Shown: positions 1 to 6,567 of the stretch, piece by piece | How positions within the stretch are numbered: position 1 is the first letter of the stretch | Layout of the letters: every line of letters begins with the position of its first letter | Source: Longivirga aurantiaca | Lineage (GTDB): Bacteria; Actinomycetota; Actinomycetes; S36-B12; CAIYMF01 | Reading direction: 5' to 3' | Length of the DNA stretch: 32,000 nt | Assembly (NCBI RefSeq): GCF_042660085.1 | Contig: NZ_JBHSTI010000008.1 | Span: 1,989,876-2,021,875 of the forward strand | The notes under the pieces: model-generated | Told to the model about the DNA's origin: nothing | Database searches by the model: none | The model's input: only the letters and a program-made list of their open reading frames with translations | Program-made: the position numbers and the translations under genes

Positions 1-1
1 C

Positions 2-274
2 CTCGAGCTGGTGGAGGACGTCGCCCGACTCGACGAGCTGTCCGCGCGCGACTGCCGAACGCATGCCCTCGACCACCTCGACATCGGCCGGACCGTGCGC
101 GGTTACGAGGCCGTGTTCGCCACGACGGTGGCCTCGGGCGCCAACCGTGCCCGGCCCCAACGCCTCCCCCTACCGCCTCGACAACGCGGCCATGAGCCGC
201 TCGCCGACGTACGGACCGCGGCCGTCGACCTGACGTTGCGGGTGCCCCAGCTCATCCCCAAGGAGAACTCATGA
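2..274 (+). CDS. 3' end of a gene entering from upstream; the C-terminal fragment weakly resembles the tail of a GT4-type glycosyltransferase
   Basis: Open frame from base 2 (LELVEDVARLDELSARD...GRTVRGYEAVF...) to TGA 272-274. The stop overlaps the next start (ATGA). No start codon in the window. The family call rests only on a short C-terminal resemblance. Confidence 0.35.
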   Translation, partial: LELVEDVARLDELSARDCRTHALDHLDIGRTVRGYEAVFATTVASGANRARPQRLPLPPRQRGHEPLADVRTAAVDLTLRVPQLIPKENS

Positions 275-582
275 AGAAGCTCATCCTGATCGGCATCGGC
301 GGAGCCATCGGCTACGTGCTCGGCGCCCGCGCCGGACGACCCGCGTACGACCGGCTCCGCGACGGCTGGCAGGGCCTCACCCGCCGCGCAGGGCTCGACG
401 ACCTCGCCACCACGGCCAAGGAGGCAGCCGTGGACGTCCGTGACGTCGCCGCCGAGCGTGCATCCGACGCCATGTCCAAAGGCGCCGACGACCTCGCCCG
501 GCGCATCGACAACCTCGCGCCGAACCGCAGCAACGACGCGCACCGCACAGGGTCTGACCTCCCCCTTCCCTCCGGTCCGTGA
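271..582 (+). CDS. Small membrane-anchored hypothetical protein (YtxH-like general-stress flavour)
   Basis: ATG 271 is preceded by AAGGAG. N-terminal hydrophobic helix KKLILIGIGGAIGYVLG is followed by a charged Ala/Asp/Arg-rich tail. Strong GC3 bias. Confidence 0.6.
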   Translation: MKKLILIGIGGAIGYVLGARAGRPAYDRLRDGWQGLTRRAGLDDLATTAKEAAVDVRDVAAERASDAMSKGADDLARRIDNLAPNRSNDAHRTGSDLPLPSGP

Positions 583-608
583 CCGGCAGGCCTCGGACGA
601 CCGGGCGC

Positions 609-634
609 GTTTGCCGGGCACCGTCAGCGGGCAT
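609..634 (+). promoter_or_regulatory. SigF/SigB-type promoter candidate P1: GTTTGC-N14-GGGCAT
   Basis: GTTTGC 609-614, 14-nt spacer, GGGCAT 629-634. The ATG at 644 lies 10 nt after the -10 box, implying a leaderless or near-leaderless mRNA. Confidence 0.55.
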
Positions 635-643
635 CCAGCGGGC

Positions 644-835
644 ATGACCGAGCAGATGCACGAGCCGGACGCCGTGGCCGACGAGAAGGCACGCGCCCAG
701 AAGGTCGAGCGCGAGGCCCTCGCCGACGGCGGCGGCCGTGCCTCGCCCGCCGACGAGGCAGCCGACGACGAGTCGAGCTATTCCACCGAGGCGGAGCAGG
801 GCGCTGCTCAGCCCACCCCCGACGGCCGGCACTGA
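644..835 (+). CDS. 63-aa acidic hypothetical protein, probably translated from a leaderless mRNA
   Basis: MTEQMHEPDAVADEKARAQKVEREALADGGG... has very strong GC3 bias. The longer 440..835 version overlaps the 271..582 gene in another frame. The P1 motif sits immediately upstream. Confidence 0.55.
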   Translation: MTEQMHEPDAVADEKARAQKVEREALADGGGRASPADEAADDESSYSTEAEQGAAQPTPDGRH

Positions 836-851
836 CCACTGCGTCACCCAG

Positions 852-876
852 GTTTAGCCCTGGCCTGCCAGGGAAC
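852..876 (+). promoter_or_regulatory. SigF/SigB-type promoter candidate P2: GTTTAG-N13-GGGAAC
   Basis: GTTTAG 852-857, 13-nt spacer, GGGAAC 871-876. It lies 48 nt upstream of ATG 924, which has the SD AAAAAGGAGAAGG. Confidence 0.55.
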
Positions 877-923
877 CGCTGAGGTCGCGCCACCGGACGG
901 GTGGCGGAAAAAAGGAGAAGGAC

Positions 924-1193
924 ATGCTCTGGTTCATCATCGTCACCATCGTGATCGGCTTCGTGGCCGGTCTCATCGCCCGTGCGATCCTGCCCGGCAA
1001 CGACTCGATGGGTCTCCTGGCGACGACCGCCCTCGGCATCGTGGGGTCGCTGCTCGGCGGCTTCCTCGGATACCTGATCACGGGTAGCGACCGCGCGGAC
1101 GGCGCGTTCCAGACGTCCGGGCTCATCGGCTCGGTGATCGGCGCGGTCCTCGTGCTGCTGCTGGTCCGGATGCTGCGTCGTGCTCGCGCCTGA
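924..1193 (+). CDS. GlsB/YeaQ/YmgE-family (transglycosylase-associated) stress membrane protein
   Basis: 89 aa with three Gly-rich TM helices (MLWFIIVTIVIGFVAGLIARAILPG...GIVGSLLGGFLGYLI...GLIGSVIGAVLVLLL), typical of the family. Strong SD. Confidence 0.85.
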   Translation: MLWFIIVTIVIGFVAGLIARAILPGNDSMGLLATTALGIVGSLLGGFLGYLITGSDRADGAFQTSGLIGSVIGAVLVLLLVRMLRRARA

Positions 1194-1767
1194 CCGGGGC
1201 GTCACGCCCCTGCGCCCCGCCGAGGACTTCATCCGCGACGTCGAGGCGTTGCGCACCCAGGCCCGGGAGAACCTCGACCGGGGCGCGGTCTCCGCGGCGT
1301 ACGGCGCGGACCTCGAGCGGGTCGTGCAGATGCTGCAGACGGCGCTTGCCACCGAGCTGGTCTGCGTCCTGCGCTATCGCCAGCACCACTACGCCGCCAC
1401 GGGTATGGACGCCGAGCCGATCGCGGCGGAGTTCCTCGCCCACTCCGAGGAGGAGCTGGGGCACGCCGGCCTCATCGCCGCGCGCATCAGCCAGCTCGGG
1501 AGCAACCCGGACTTCTCGCCGTCCACCCTCGAGGGGCGGGCGCACAGCGAGTACGTCGAGGCCGACTCGCTGCGCGCGATGGTCACGGAGAACCTCGTGG
1601 CCGAGCGGGTGGCCGTCGCCGCGTACACCGACATCATCGAGTGGCTCGGGTCGTCCGACCCGACCACCCGGCGCATGCTCGAGCAGATCCTCGCCGTGGA
1701 GGAGGAGCACGCCGACGACCTCGCCTCGATGCTCGACGGCCTTCCGGCAGCGACCGGCCCGGCCTGA
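1180..1767 (+). CDS. Ferritin-like / bacterioferritin-family domain protein
   Basis: Di-iron four-helix-bundle style motifs: ELVCVLRYRQHHY, EFLAHSEEELGHAGLIAARISQLG, EQILAVEEEHADDL. GTG 1180 overlaps the preceding gene by 14 nt, so the start is uncertain. Confidence 0.75.
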   Translation: MLAPDRGVTPLRPAEDFIRDVEALRTQARENLDRGAVSAAYGADLERVVQMLQTALATELVCVLRYRQHHYAATGMDAEPIAAEFLAHSEEELGHAGLIAARISQLGSNPDFSPSTLEGRAHSEYVEADSLRAMVTENLVAERVAVAAYTDIIEWLGSSDPTTRRMLEQILAVEEEHADDLASMLDGLPAATGPA

Positions 1768-1812
1768 TCGACGCGCCGGCATCCCCGGCGCGAACCACTC
1801 TGGAGGCACACC

Positions 1813-1968
1813 ATGATCATTCTCGGACTCATCCTCGTGATCGTCGGCTGGCTCACCAGCACCTCGATCCTCATCACCCTCGGGGCCATCCTCGCGGTGG
1901 TCGGCGTGGTGCTCGCGCTGCTCGGCGGCACGGGCCGCCCGGTGGCCGGCAGGGCGCACTGGTACTAG
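1813..1968 (+). CDS. 51-aa two-TM hydrophobic peptide (DUF6131-like small membrane protein); absent from the supplied ORF track
   Basis: ATG 1813 is preceded by GGAGG. Sequence MIILGLILVIVGWLTSTSILITLGAILAVVGVVLALLGGTGRPVAGRAHWY, stop TAG 1966-1968. Near-perfect GC3 bias. Confidence 0.65.
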   Translation: MIILGLILVIVGWLTSTSILITLGAILAVVGVVLALLGGTGRPVAGRAHWY

Positions 1969-2003
1969 GAGGACCTGAGCCTCGCACGACCTGGCTCACC
2001 GTC

Positions 2004-2039
2004 GACGGCGCGGCTGCGGGCGACCGCGGCCGCGCCGTC
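2004..2039 (+). terminator. Hairpin terminator candidate after the glsB-like/ferritin-like/small-peptide operon
   Basis: Perfect 11-bp inverted repeat GACGGCGCGGC (2004-2014) / GCCGCGCCGTC (2029-2039), with additional GCGG/CCGC pairing inside. No U-tract, which is common in actinobacteria. Confidence 0.5.
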
Positions 2040-2059
2040 GTCGTCCGCGTGGCCCGGAT

Positions 2060-2085
2060 GTTTGGGACCTCGCACGAACGGGCAC
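2060..2085 (+). promoter_or_regulatory. SigF/SigB-type promoter candidate P3: GTTTGG-N14-GGGCAC
   Basis: GTTTGG 2060-2065, 14-nt spacer, GGGCAC 2080-2085. It lies 56 nt upstream of the GTG 2141 start of the PP2C gene. Confidence 0.45.
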
Positions 2086-2140
2086 AGGGGCACCGAGCCG
2101 CGCCCTCCACCGGGGGCCCGACCCGCCACGACCACGAGGG

Positions 2141-3928
2141 GTGGTTGCACTGCCGATCGACAACGACACCGACGCGCTGCACGCGCTCTCCGTCGAGCTC
2201 GCCGGTGCCGTCGACGCGGCCGAGGTGGTCGAGGTCATCACCGCGCACTGCGCACCGCTCCTGCGCGCCAGCATGGTCACGGTCTCCACCGTCGAGGACG
2301 ACGGCACGACACTGCGCCTCGTGTCGTCGGTGAACACGCCGACCCCTGTCGTCCTCGCGTTCGACACCCATGAGAGCGGAGCGACGTTGCCCGCAGGCGA
2401 CGCGCTGCGCTCGGGCCAGCCCGTGGTGATCCGGTCCGTGGACGAGCTGCACGAGCGCTACCCGGGCCTCACGGAGGTCGACCTCGAGCACAACGCGCTG
2501 TGCGTCCTCCCCCTCCTGCGCGGCGAGGAGCCGGTGGGGGTGCTCGGCCTCGGCTGGTGCGACGCCGCCGAGATGACGGCCGAGGTCGTCGAGCTCTCGC
2601 AAGCCGTCGCCGAGGTCTGCGCGTCTGCGCTCTACCGCGCGGTGGCCGCGGCGCACCCAGGGCACGACCGCACACGGTCCGAGGCTGCCCTCGCGAGCCT
2701 GCGCTCCCTGCAGGCCGTCGCCGCCGAGCTCGCCCATACCGTCGACCTGTCGCAGGCCGCGGCCGTCGTGCTCGAGCACGCCGTCATCGCCCTGGGCGCC
2801 GAGGCCGGTGCCCTCAACGTCCTCGACGACGACGGCACCGAGTGCACGCAGATCGCCACAGTCGGGCTCGACGGGACCGAGATGGCCGGCCTGACCTCCT
2901 GGCAGGTGCGCGACTCGTCGCTCGCTCGCGAGCTCGTGCGCACCGGCCTGCCGATACTGATCACCGATTCCGAGTGCCTGCGCCGGCGCTTCCCCGACCT
3001 GGTCACGCAGGAGCCGCGGCAGGAGGCCTGGGCCACCCTGCTGCTGACCTCGGGATGCCGCAACCTCGGCATCGTCTCGATCGGCTGGCGCGAGCCGCGG
3101 GAGTTCAGCAGCGAGGACGTGAGCCTGCTGCAGACGCTGGCCGACCACCTCGCGGCGGCGCTGGACCGCAACCGCCTGATGTCGAGCAACGACGCGCTGC
3201 TCACGGAGAGCACCCGCATCGCGGAGACGCTGCAGCGTTCACTCATGCCAGGGCCGCTGCCGGAGTGGCCCGGGGTAACGATGGCCGCCGGCCTCCAGCC
3301 CGCCGAGCTGGGCACCGAGGTCTGCGGGGACTTCTACGACGCGTTCCCCGCGGTCGACGGGTCGCTCGTCGTGGTGATCGGCGACGTCGCCGGACGCGGT
3401 GTCAACGCTGCGGGGCTCACGGGCATGGTGCGCCATACGCTGAGGGCGCTCGCGCGGGACATGCCCCCTGCCGAGGCCCTCTACCGGCTCAACCGCGCAC
3501 TCGTCGAAGGTGCATGGGTGGACGAGCCGCGGCTGCTGACCGCCGCGATGCTGCGGCTCACGCGGCTCGACCACGGCATCCGGGCCGAGATCTCCCTCGC
3601 CGGCCACTGCTTGCCGGTGGTGGTCCGCGACCGTGTCGCGGAGCACGTCGGGGTGCCGGGGATGCTGCTGGGCGCCTTCGCCGACGTGCGCATCGGCACC
3701 GTGACGGTCGACCTCTCCCCCGGCGACCTCCTGCTGCTGCACACGGACGGCGTCACCGAGGCGAGGCGTCACGGCGTCGAGTTCGGCGAGTCCCGGCTGC
3801 TCAAGCTGCTCTCGGCCATGACCGACCCCCGGCCCGACGACACCGTCGAGCACGTGCTCGGGTCGGTGGACTGGTACCGCACCACCGCGCCCGATGACAT
3901 GGCCGTTCTCGTGGTCCGCGCGACCTAG
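2141..3928 (+). CDS. GAF-GAF-PP2C (SpoIIE/RsbU-type) serine phosphatase, a probable partner-switching input phosphatase
   Basis: 595 aa. Two GAF-like N-terminal modules. The C-terminal PP2C has GDFYDAF, VVIGDVAGRGVNAAGLTGMVRHTLRAL, LLLHTDGVTEAR and DDMAVLVV motifs. Confidence 0.85.
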   Translation: MVALPIDNDTDALHALSVELAGAVDAAEVVEVITAHCAPLLRASMVTVSTVEDDGTTLRLVSSVNTPTPVVLAFDTHESGATLPAGDALRSGQPVVIRSVDELHERYPGLTEVDLEHNALCVLPLLRGEEPVGVLGLGWCDAAEMTAEVVELSQAVAEVCASALYRAVAAAHPGHDRTRSEAALASLRSLQAVAAELAHTVDLSQAAAVVLEHAVIALGAEAGALNVLDDDGTECTQIATVGLDGTEMAGLTSWQVRDSSLARELVRTGLPILITDSECLRRRFPDLVTQEPRQEAWATLLLTSGCRNLGIVSIGWREPREFSSEDVSLLQTLADHLAAALDRNRLMSSNDALLTESTRIAETLQRSLMPGPLPEWPGVTMAAGLQPAELGTEVCGDFYDAFPAVDGSLVVVIGDVAGRGVNAAGLTGMVRHTLRALARDMPPAEALYRLNRALVEGAWVDEPRLLTAAMLRLTRLDHGIRAEISLAGHCLPVVVRDRVAEHVGVPGMLLGAFADVRIGTVTVDLSPGDLLLLHTDGVTEARRHGVEFGESRLLKLLSAMTDPRPDDTVEHVLGSVDWYRTTAPDDMAVLVVRAT

Positions 3929-3935
3929 CCCGGCG

Positions 3936-4823
3936 TCAGCTCCCGCCCTCCGCGAGCGCCGTGGCCTCCGCGAGCGTGCGCTGCACCAGTCCGCCCGCCT
4001 CGACCTCCGTCCAGCTGACCGGCGTCGCCGCCGTCGGCCGCTCCCTCCCCCGCAGCGACCACGGGACGATCGTCGTCTTGGCCGGGTTGTTCTGGCTCCA
4101 GTCGACGAGCACCTTGCCGGGCCGCAGGTCGCGTGCCTGCCGGGTGACCACGAGGGCGGGCAGCGCCGCCTCGAGCCGCGCGGCGAGCGCGTGGGCGTAG
4201 TCGCTCTCCGAGCCGGCGTCGTGCACCGCTTCCGCGCCGTCACCGAGATCGGCGTACAGCTGCATGCCCTTCGAGCCGCTGGTGACTGCGCGGGCGACGA
4301 GGCCGTCCGCGACCAGCAGACCGCGGGTCGCCAGCGCCACCTCGGCGCACGCGTCGAGCCCGGCCGGCGCCCCGGGGTCGAGGTCGACGACCAGCCGGTC
4401 GGGCGCCAGCGGCTCGCCCGTCGCGCGGTCGACGCGCCACTGCGGCGCGTGCAGCTCCAAGGCGCCCGACTGCGCGAGCCACACGAGCACCGCCTCGTCG
4501 TCGACGAGCGGGTAGTCGAGGTCGCGCCCCTCGTGGCCGGACCGCTGACCCGTGTGGTGCTGCGTCATGCGCGGCACCCAGTCGGGCGCGCCGCGCGGGA
4601 GGTTCTTCTCGATGAACGGCTTCTGCTCCACGCCGTCCGGCCAGCGCTTGCGCGTGACCGGCCGGTCGCGCATCTCGGGCAGGATCGACGGAGCGACGGC
4701 GAGGTAGTACTGCAGCACGTCCGCCTTGGTGGTCGCGGTTGCCGGGTACAGCACCTTGTCGAGGTTGGTGACCCGCACCTCCCGCCCGGCGACCGACAGC
4801 CACCCACCCTCGGCGCCGCTCAC
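3936..4823 (-). CDS. ligD: Stand-alone LigD polymerase/primase domain protein (NHEJ PolDom)
   Basis: 295 aa. Opening (V)SGAEGGWLSVAGREVRVTNLDKVLYP, then VDLDPG, SGSKGMQLY and KVLVDWSQN motifs are typical of the LigD Pol domain. No ligase or nuclease domain. Divergent from ku. Confidence 0.85.
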   Translation of the reverse strand: MSGAEGGWLSVAGREVRVTNLDKVLYPATATTKADVLQYYLAVAPSILPEMRDRPVTRKRWPDGVEQKPFIEKNLPRGAPDWVPRMTQHHTGQRSGHEGRDLDYPLVDDEAVLVWLAQSGALELHAPQWRVDRATGEPLAPDRLVVDLDPGAPAGLDACAEVALATRGLLVADGLVARAVTSGSKGMQLYADLGDGAEAVHDAGSESDYAHALAARLEAALPALVVTRQARDLRPGKVLVDWSQNNPAKTTIVPWSLRGRERPTAATPVSWTEVEAGGLVQRTLAEATALAEGGS

Positions 4824-4868
4824 ACGAGGACCTCGTCCGCAGTCTTCGACAGGCGCCGTTGCGCGCTG

Positions 4869-4894
4869 GTTTGGCTCCCGGTCATGGCGGGCAT
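4869..4894 (+). promoter_or_regulatory. SigF/SigB-type promoter candidate P4: GTTTGG-N14-GGGCAT, upstream of ku
   Basis: GTTTGG 4869-4874, 14-nt spacer, GGGCAT 4889-4894. It lies 40 nt upstream of ATG 4934, with SD GGAGGAG at about 4921. Confidence 0.55.
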
Positions 4895-4933
4895 CCTCTC
4901 CGATGGTGTACGTCCCGACGGAGGAGAACGACG

Positions 4934-5923
4934 ATGCAGTCGATGTGGAAGGGGTCCGTCTCGTTCGGGCTCGTCAACGTGCCGGTCAAGCTGTACGCCG
5001 CCACCGAGGACCACGACGTGCGTTTCCACCAGGTCCACGCCGCCGACGGCGGCCGCGTGAAGATGGTGCGCACCTGCTCGGTCGACGGGCAACCCGTCGC
5101 CTACGCCGATCTCGCGAAGGCGTACGAGACCAGCAGCGGTGAGCTCGTGGTGATGGAGGAGCGCGACTTCGACGCCCTGCCGGTGCCGGGCAAGCGCGAG
5201 ATCGACGTGCTCGAGTTCGTACCCTCGGACCAGGTCGACCCGGTGCTGTTCGACCGCAGCTACTACCTCGAGCCCGAGGCCCGGGCCCTCAAGCCATACG
5301 TCCTCCTGCGCGAGGCGCTGCGCACCACCGAGCGCACCGCCCTCGTGCGCGTGGTGCTGCGCCAGAAGGCCCAGCTCGCGGCGCTCCGCGTGCGCGACGA
5401 CGTGATCCTCATGCAGACGATGCTGTGGCCGGACGAGGTGCGGCGTGCGACGTTCGATGTCCTGCACACCGACGCCGAGGTGCGCCCGCAGGAGCTCGCC
5501 ATGGCGTCCTCGCTGATCGACAGCCTGTCGAGCGACTTCGACCCCGACGAGTACCACGATGACTACCGCGAGGCCCTCCTCGAGGTGATCGACCGCAAGG
5601 TCGCGGGCGGCGCCGGAGTGCCGGCCGACACCGCAACCGTCCCCGAGGACGAGGGCGACGCCATAGTGGTCGACCTCATGGCCGCGCTGCGCGAGTCGGT
5701 GAAGAGGACGAGCGCAGGCGAGGACGCCCGGGCCCAGAATCGTCCGGCGGGCCCTGCGACGAGGGCCGCCCCGAAGAAGGCCGCTGCCAAGAAGGCGGCG
5801 GCGAAGAAGGCTGTCGGCACGAAGTCTGCCGCGAGCAAGCCGACGCCGCGGAAGGCCGCTGGTCCCACCAAGGCGGCGGCGAAGAAGGCCGCTTCGAAGC
5901 CCGCGCGGAGGCGCAGCGCCTGA
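4934..5923 (+). CDS. ku: Ku DNA end-binding protein with a Lys/Ala-rich basic C-terminal tail
   Basis: MQSMWKGSVSFGLVNVPVKLYAATEDHDVRFHQVH... is a canonical bacterial Ku N-terminus. The tail reads AAPKKAAAKKAAAKKAVGTKSAASKPTPRKAAGPTKAAAKKAASKPARRRSA. Confidence 0.95.
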   Translation: MQSMWKGSVSFGLVNVPVKLYAATEDHDVRFHQVHAADGGRVKMVRTCSVDGQPVAYADLAKAYETSSGELVVMEERDFDALPVPGKREIDVLEFVPSDQVDPVLFDRSYYLEPEARALKPYVLLREALRTTERTALVRVVLRQKAQLAALRVRDDVILMQTMLWPDEVRRATFDVLHTDAEVRPQELAMASSLIDSLSSDFDPDEYHDDYREALLEVIDRKVAGGAGVPADTATVPEDEGDAIVVDLMAALRESVKRTSAGEDARAQNRPAGPATRAAPKKAAAKKAAAKKAVGTKSAASKPTPRKAAGPTKAAAKKAASKPARRRSA

Positions 5924-5981
5924 CGGGCGGGGCAGTGCGGGACAGCGGCGCATCGGTGTGCTGGCCTCCCCCGGGGCGAGT

Positions 5982-6017
5982 GGTGCCCGGGACGGGAGGG
6001 GTCTCGTCCCGGGCACC
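5982..6017. terminator. Strong hairpin between convergent ku and hemerythrin genes (bidirectional terminator candidate)
   Basis: Perfect 13-bp arms GGTGCCCGGGACG (5982-5994) / CGTCCCGGGCACC (6005-6017), extendable to about 16 bp around a GGGG loop. No U-tract. Confidence 0.6.
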
Positions 6018-6023
6018 TCCGAA

Positions 6024-6048
6024 CTACCCGGCGGCCCAAGCGGCAAAC
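6024..6048 (-). promoter_or_regulatory. Orphan SigF/SigB-type promoter candidate P5 (minus strand): GTTTGC-N13-GGGTAG
   Basis: Minus-strand read is GTTTGC (6048-6043), 13-nt spacer, GGGTAG (6029-6024). It points into the 5982-6017 hairpin and the antisense of the ku 3' end. There is no plausible downstream ORF. Confidence 0.4.
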
Positions 6049-6069
6049 CTGGGACGTCGGGGAGCGTGG

Positions 6070-6486
6070 TCAGCGCGCGGCCTCGGGGCTGCCGCTCATC
6101 CGCTGCCCCAGCTCCTGCAGGTCCTTGCGCCCGAACGCCTCGCGCACCGCGGGGAAGAGCTCGCTCTCCTCCTCCTCGATGTGGTGCTTCACGTTCTCGA
6201 TGAGCACCGTGGCCTTGGCCCGGTAGGTCTCCGCGCCGGGGTCCATCGCCCGCAGCTCGCCGATGAGCATGTGCACCACGTGGTGCTCCTCGATCGACTC
6301 CAGCACGAGGTCGCGGCCGGGGATGACGTCCTTGACCTCGGGGTAGAAGTAGGTCTCCTCGATCGCAGCGTGGCGGTCGAGCTCGTCGCAGATCGTGGGC
6401 ACGACCGACGTCTCGCCCTTGTCGAACCGGGTGAAGAGCTTCTTCACGGCTGCGTGGTCCTCGCGCAGCATGACGATGGCGTCCAT
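6070..6486 (-). CDS. Hemerythrin-domain protein
   Basis: 138 aa: MDAIVMLREDHAAVKKLF...EETYFYPE...EEHHVVHMLIGEL...VKHHIEEEESELFP (His/Glu/Asp di-iron ligand pattern). SD GGAGAC lies before ATG 6486. Confidence 0.85.
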   Translation of the reverse strand: MDAIVMLREDHAAVKKLFTRFDKGETSVVPTICDELDRHAAIEETYFYPEVKDVIPGRDLVLESIEEHHVVHMLIGELRAMDPGAETYRAKATVLIENVKHHIEEEESELFPAVREAFGRKDLQELGQRMSGSPEAAR

Positions 6487-6529
6487 GGTGGTCTCCTGTC
6501 GTGGCGGTGCGGGTTCGCACCGGTCCCGA

Positions 6530-6554
6530 CTACCCCCGCGGCGCACGGCGAAAC
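6530..6554 (-). promoter_or_regulatory. SigF/SigB-type promoter candidate P6 (minus strand): GTTTCG-N13-GGGTAG, upstream of hemerythrin
   Basis: Minus-strand read is GTTTCG (6554-6549), 13-nt spacer, GGGTAG (6535-6530). It lies 44 nt upstream of ATG 6486. Confidence 0.55.
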
Positions 6555-6567
6555 GCGCAGGGACCGG

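Noticed and set aside
440-835. 131-aa version of the small acidic ORF
   Set aside because: Its first 68 codons overlap the 271..582 gene in another frame and read as Pro/Thr/Arg-rich noise. The internal ATG 644 sits right behind promoter motif P1.
5022-5050. GTTT tetramers inside genes (ku at about 5022; also minus-strand GTTT at about 16478, 18205, 20295, 29953, 31236, and plus-strand 11941)
   Set aside because: None has a GGGnA box at N15-16 spacing, and most lie inside coding sequence.
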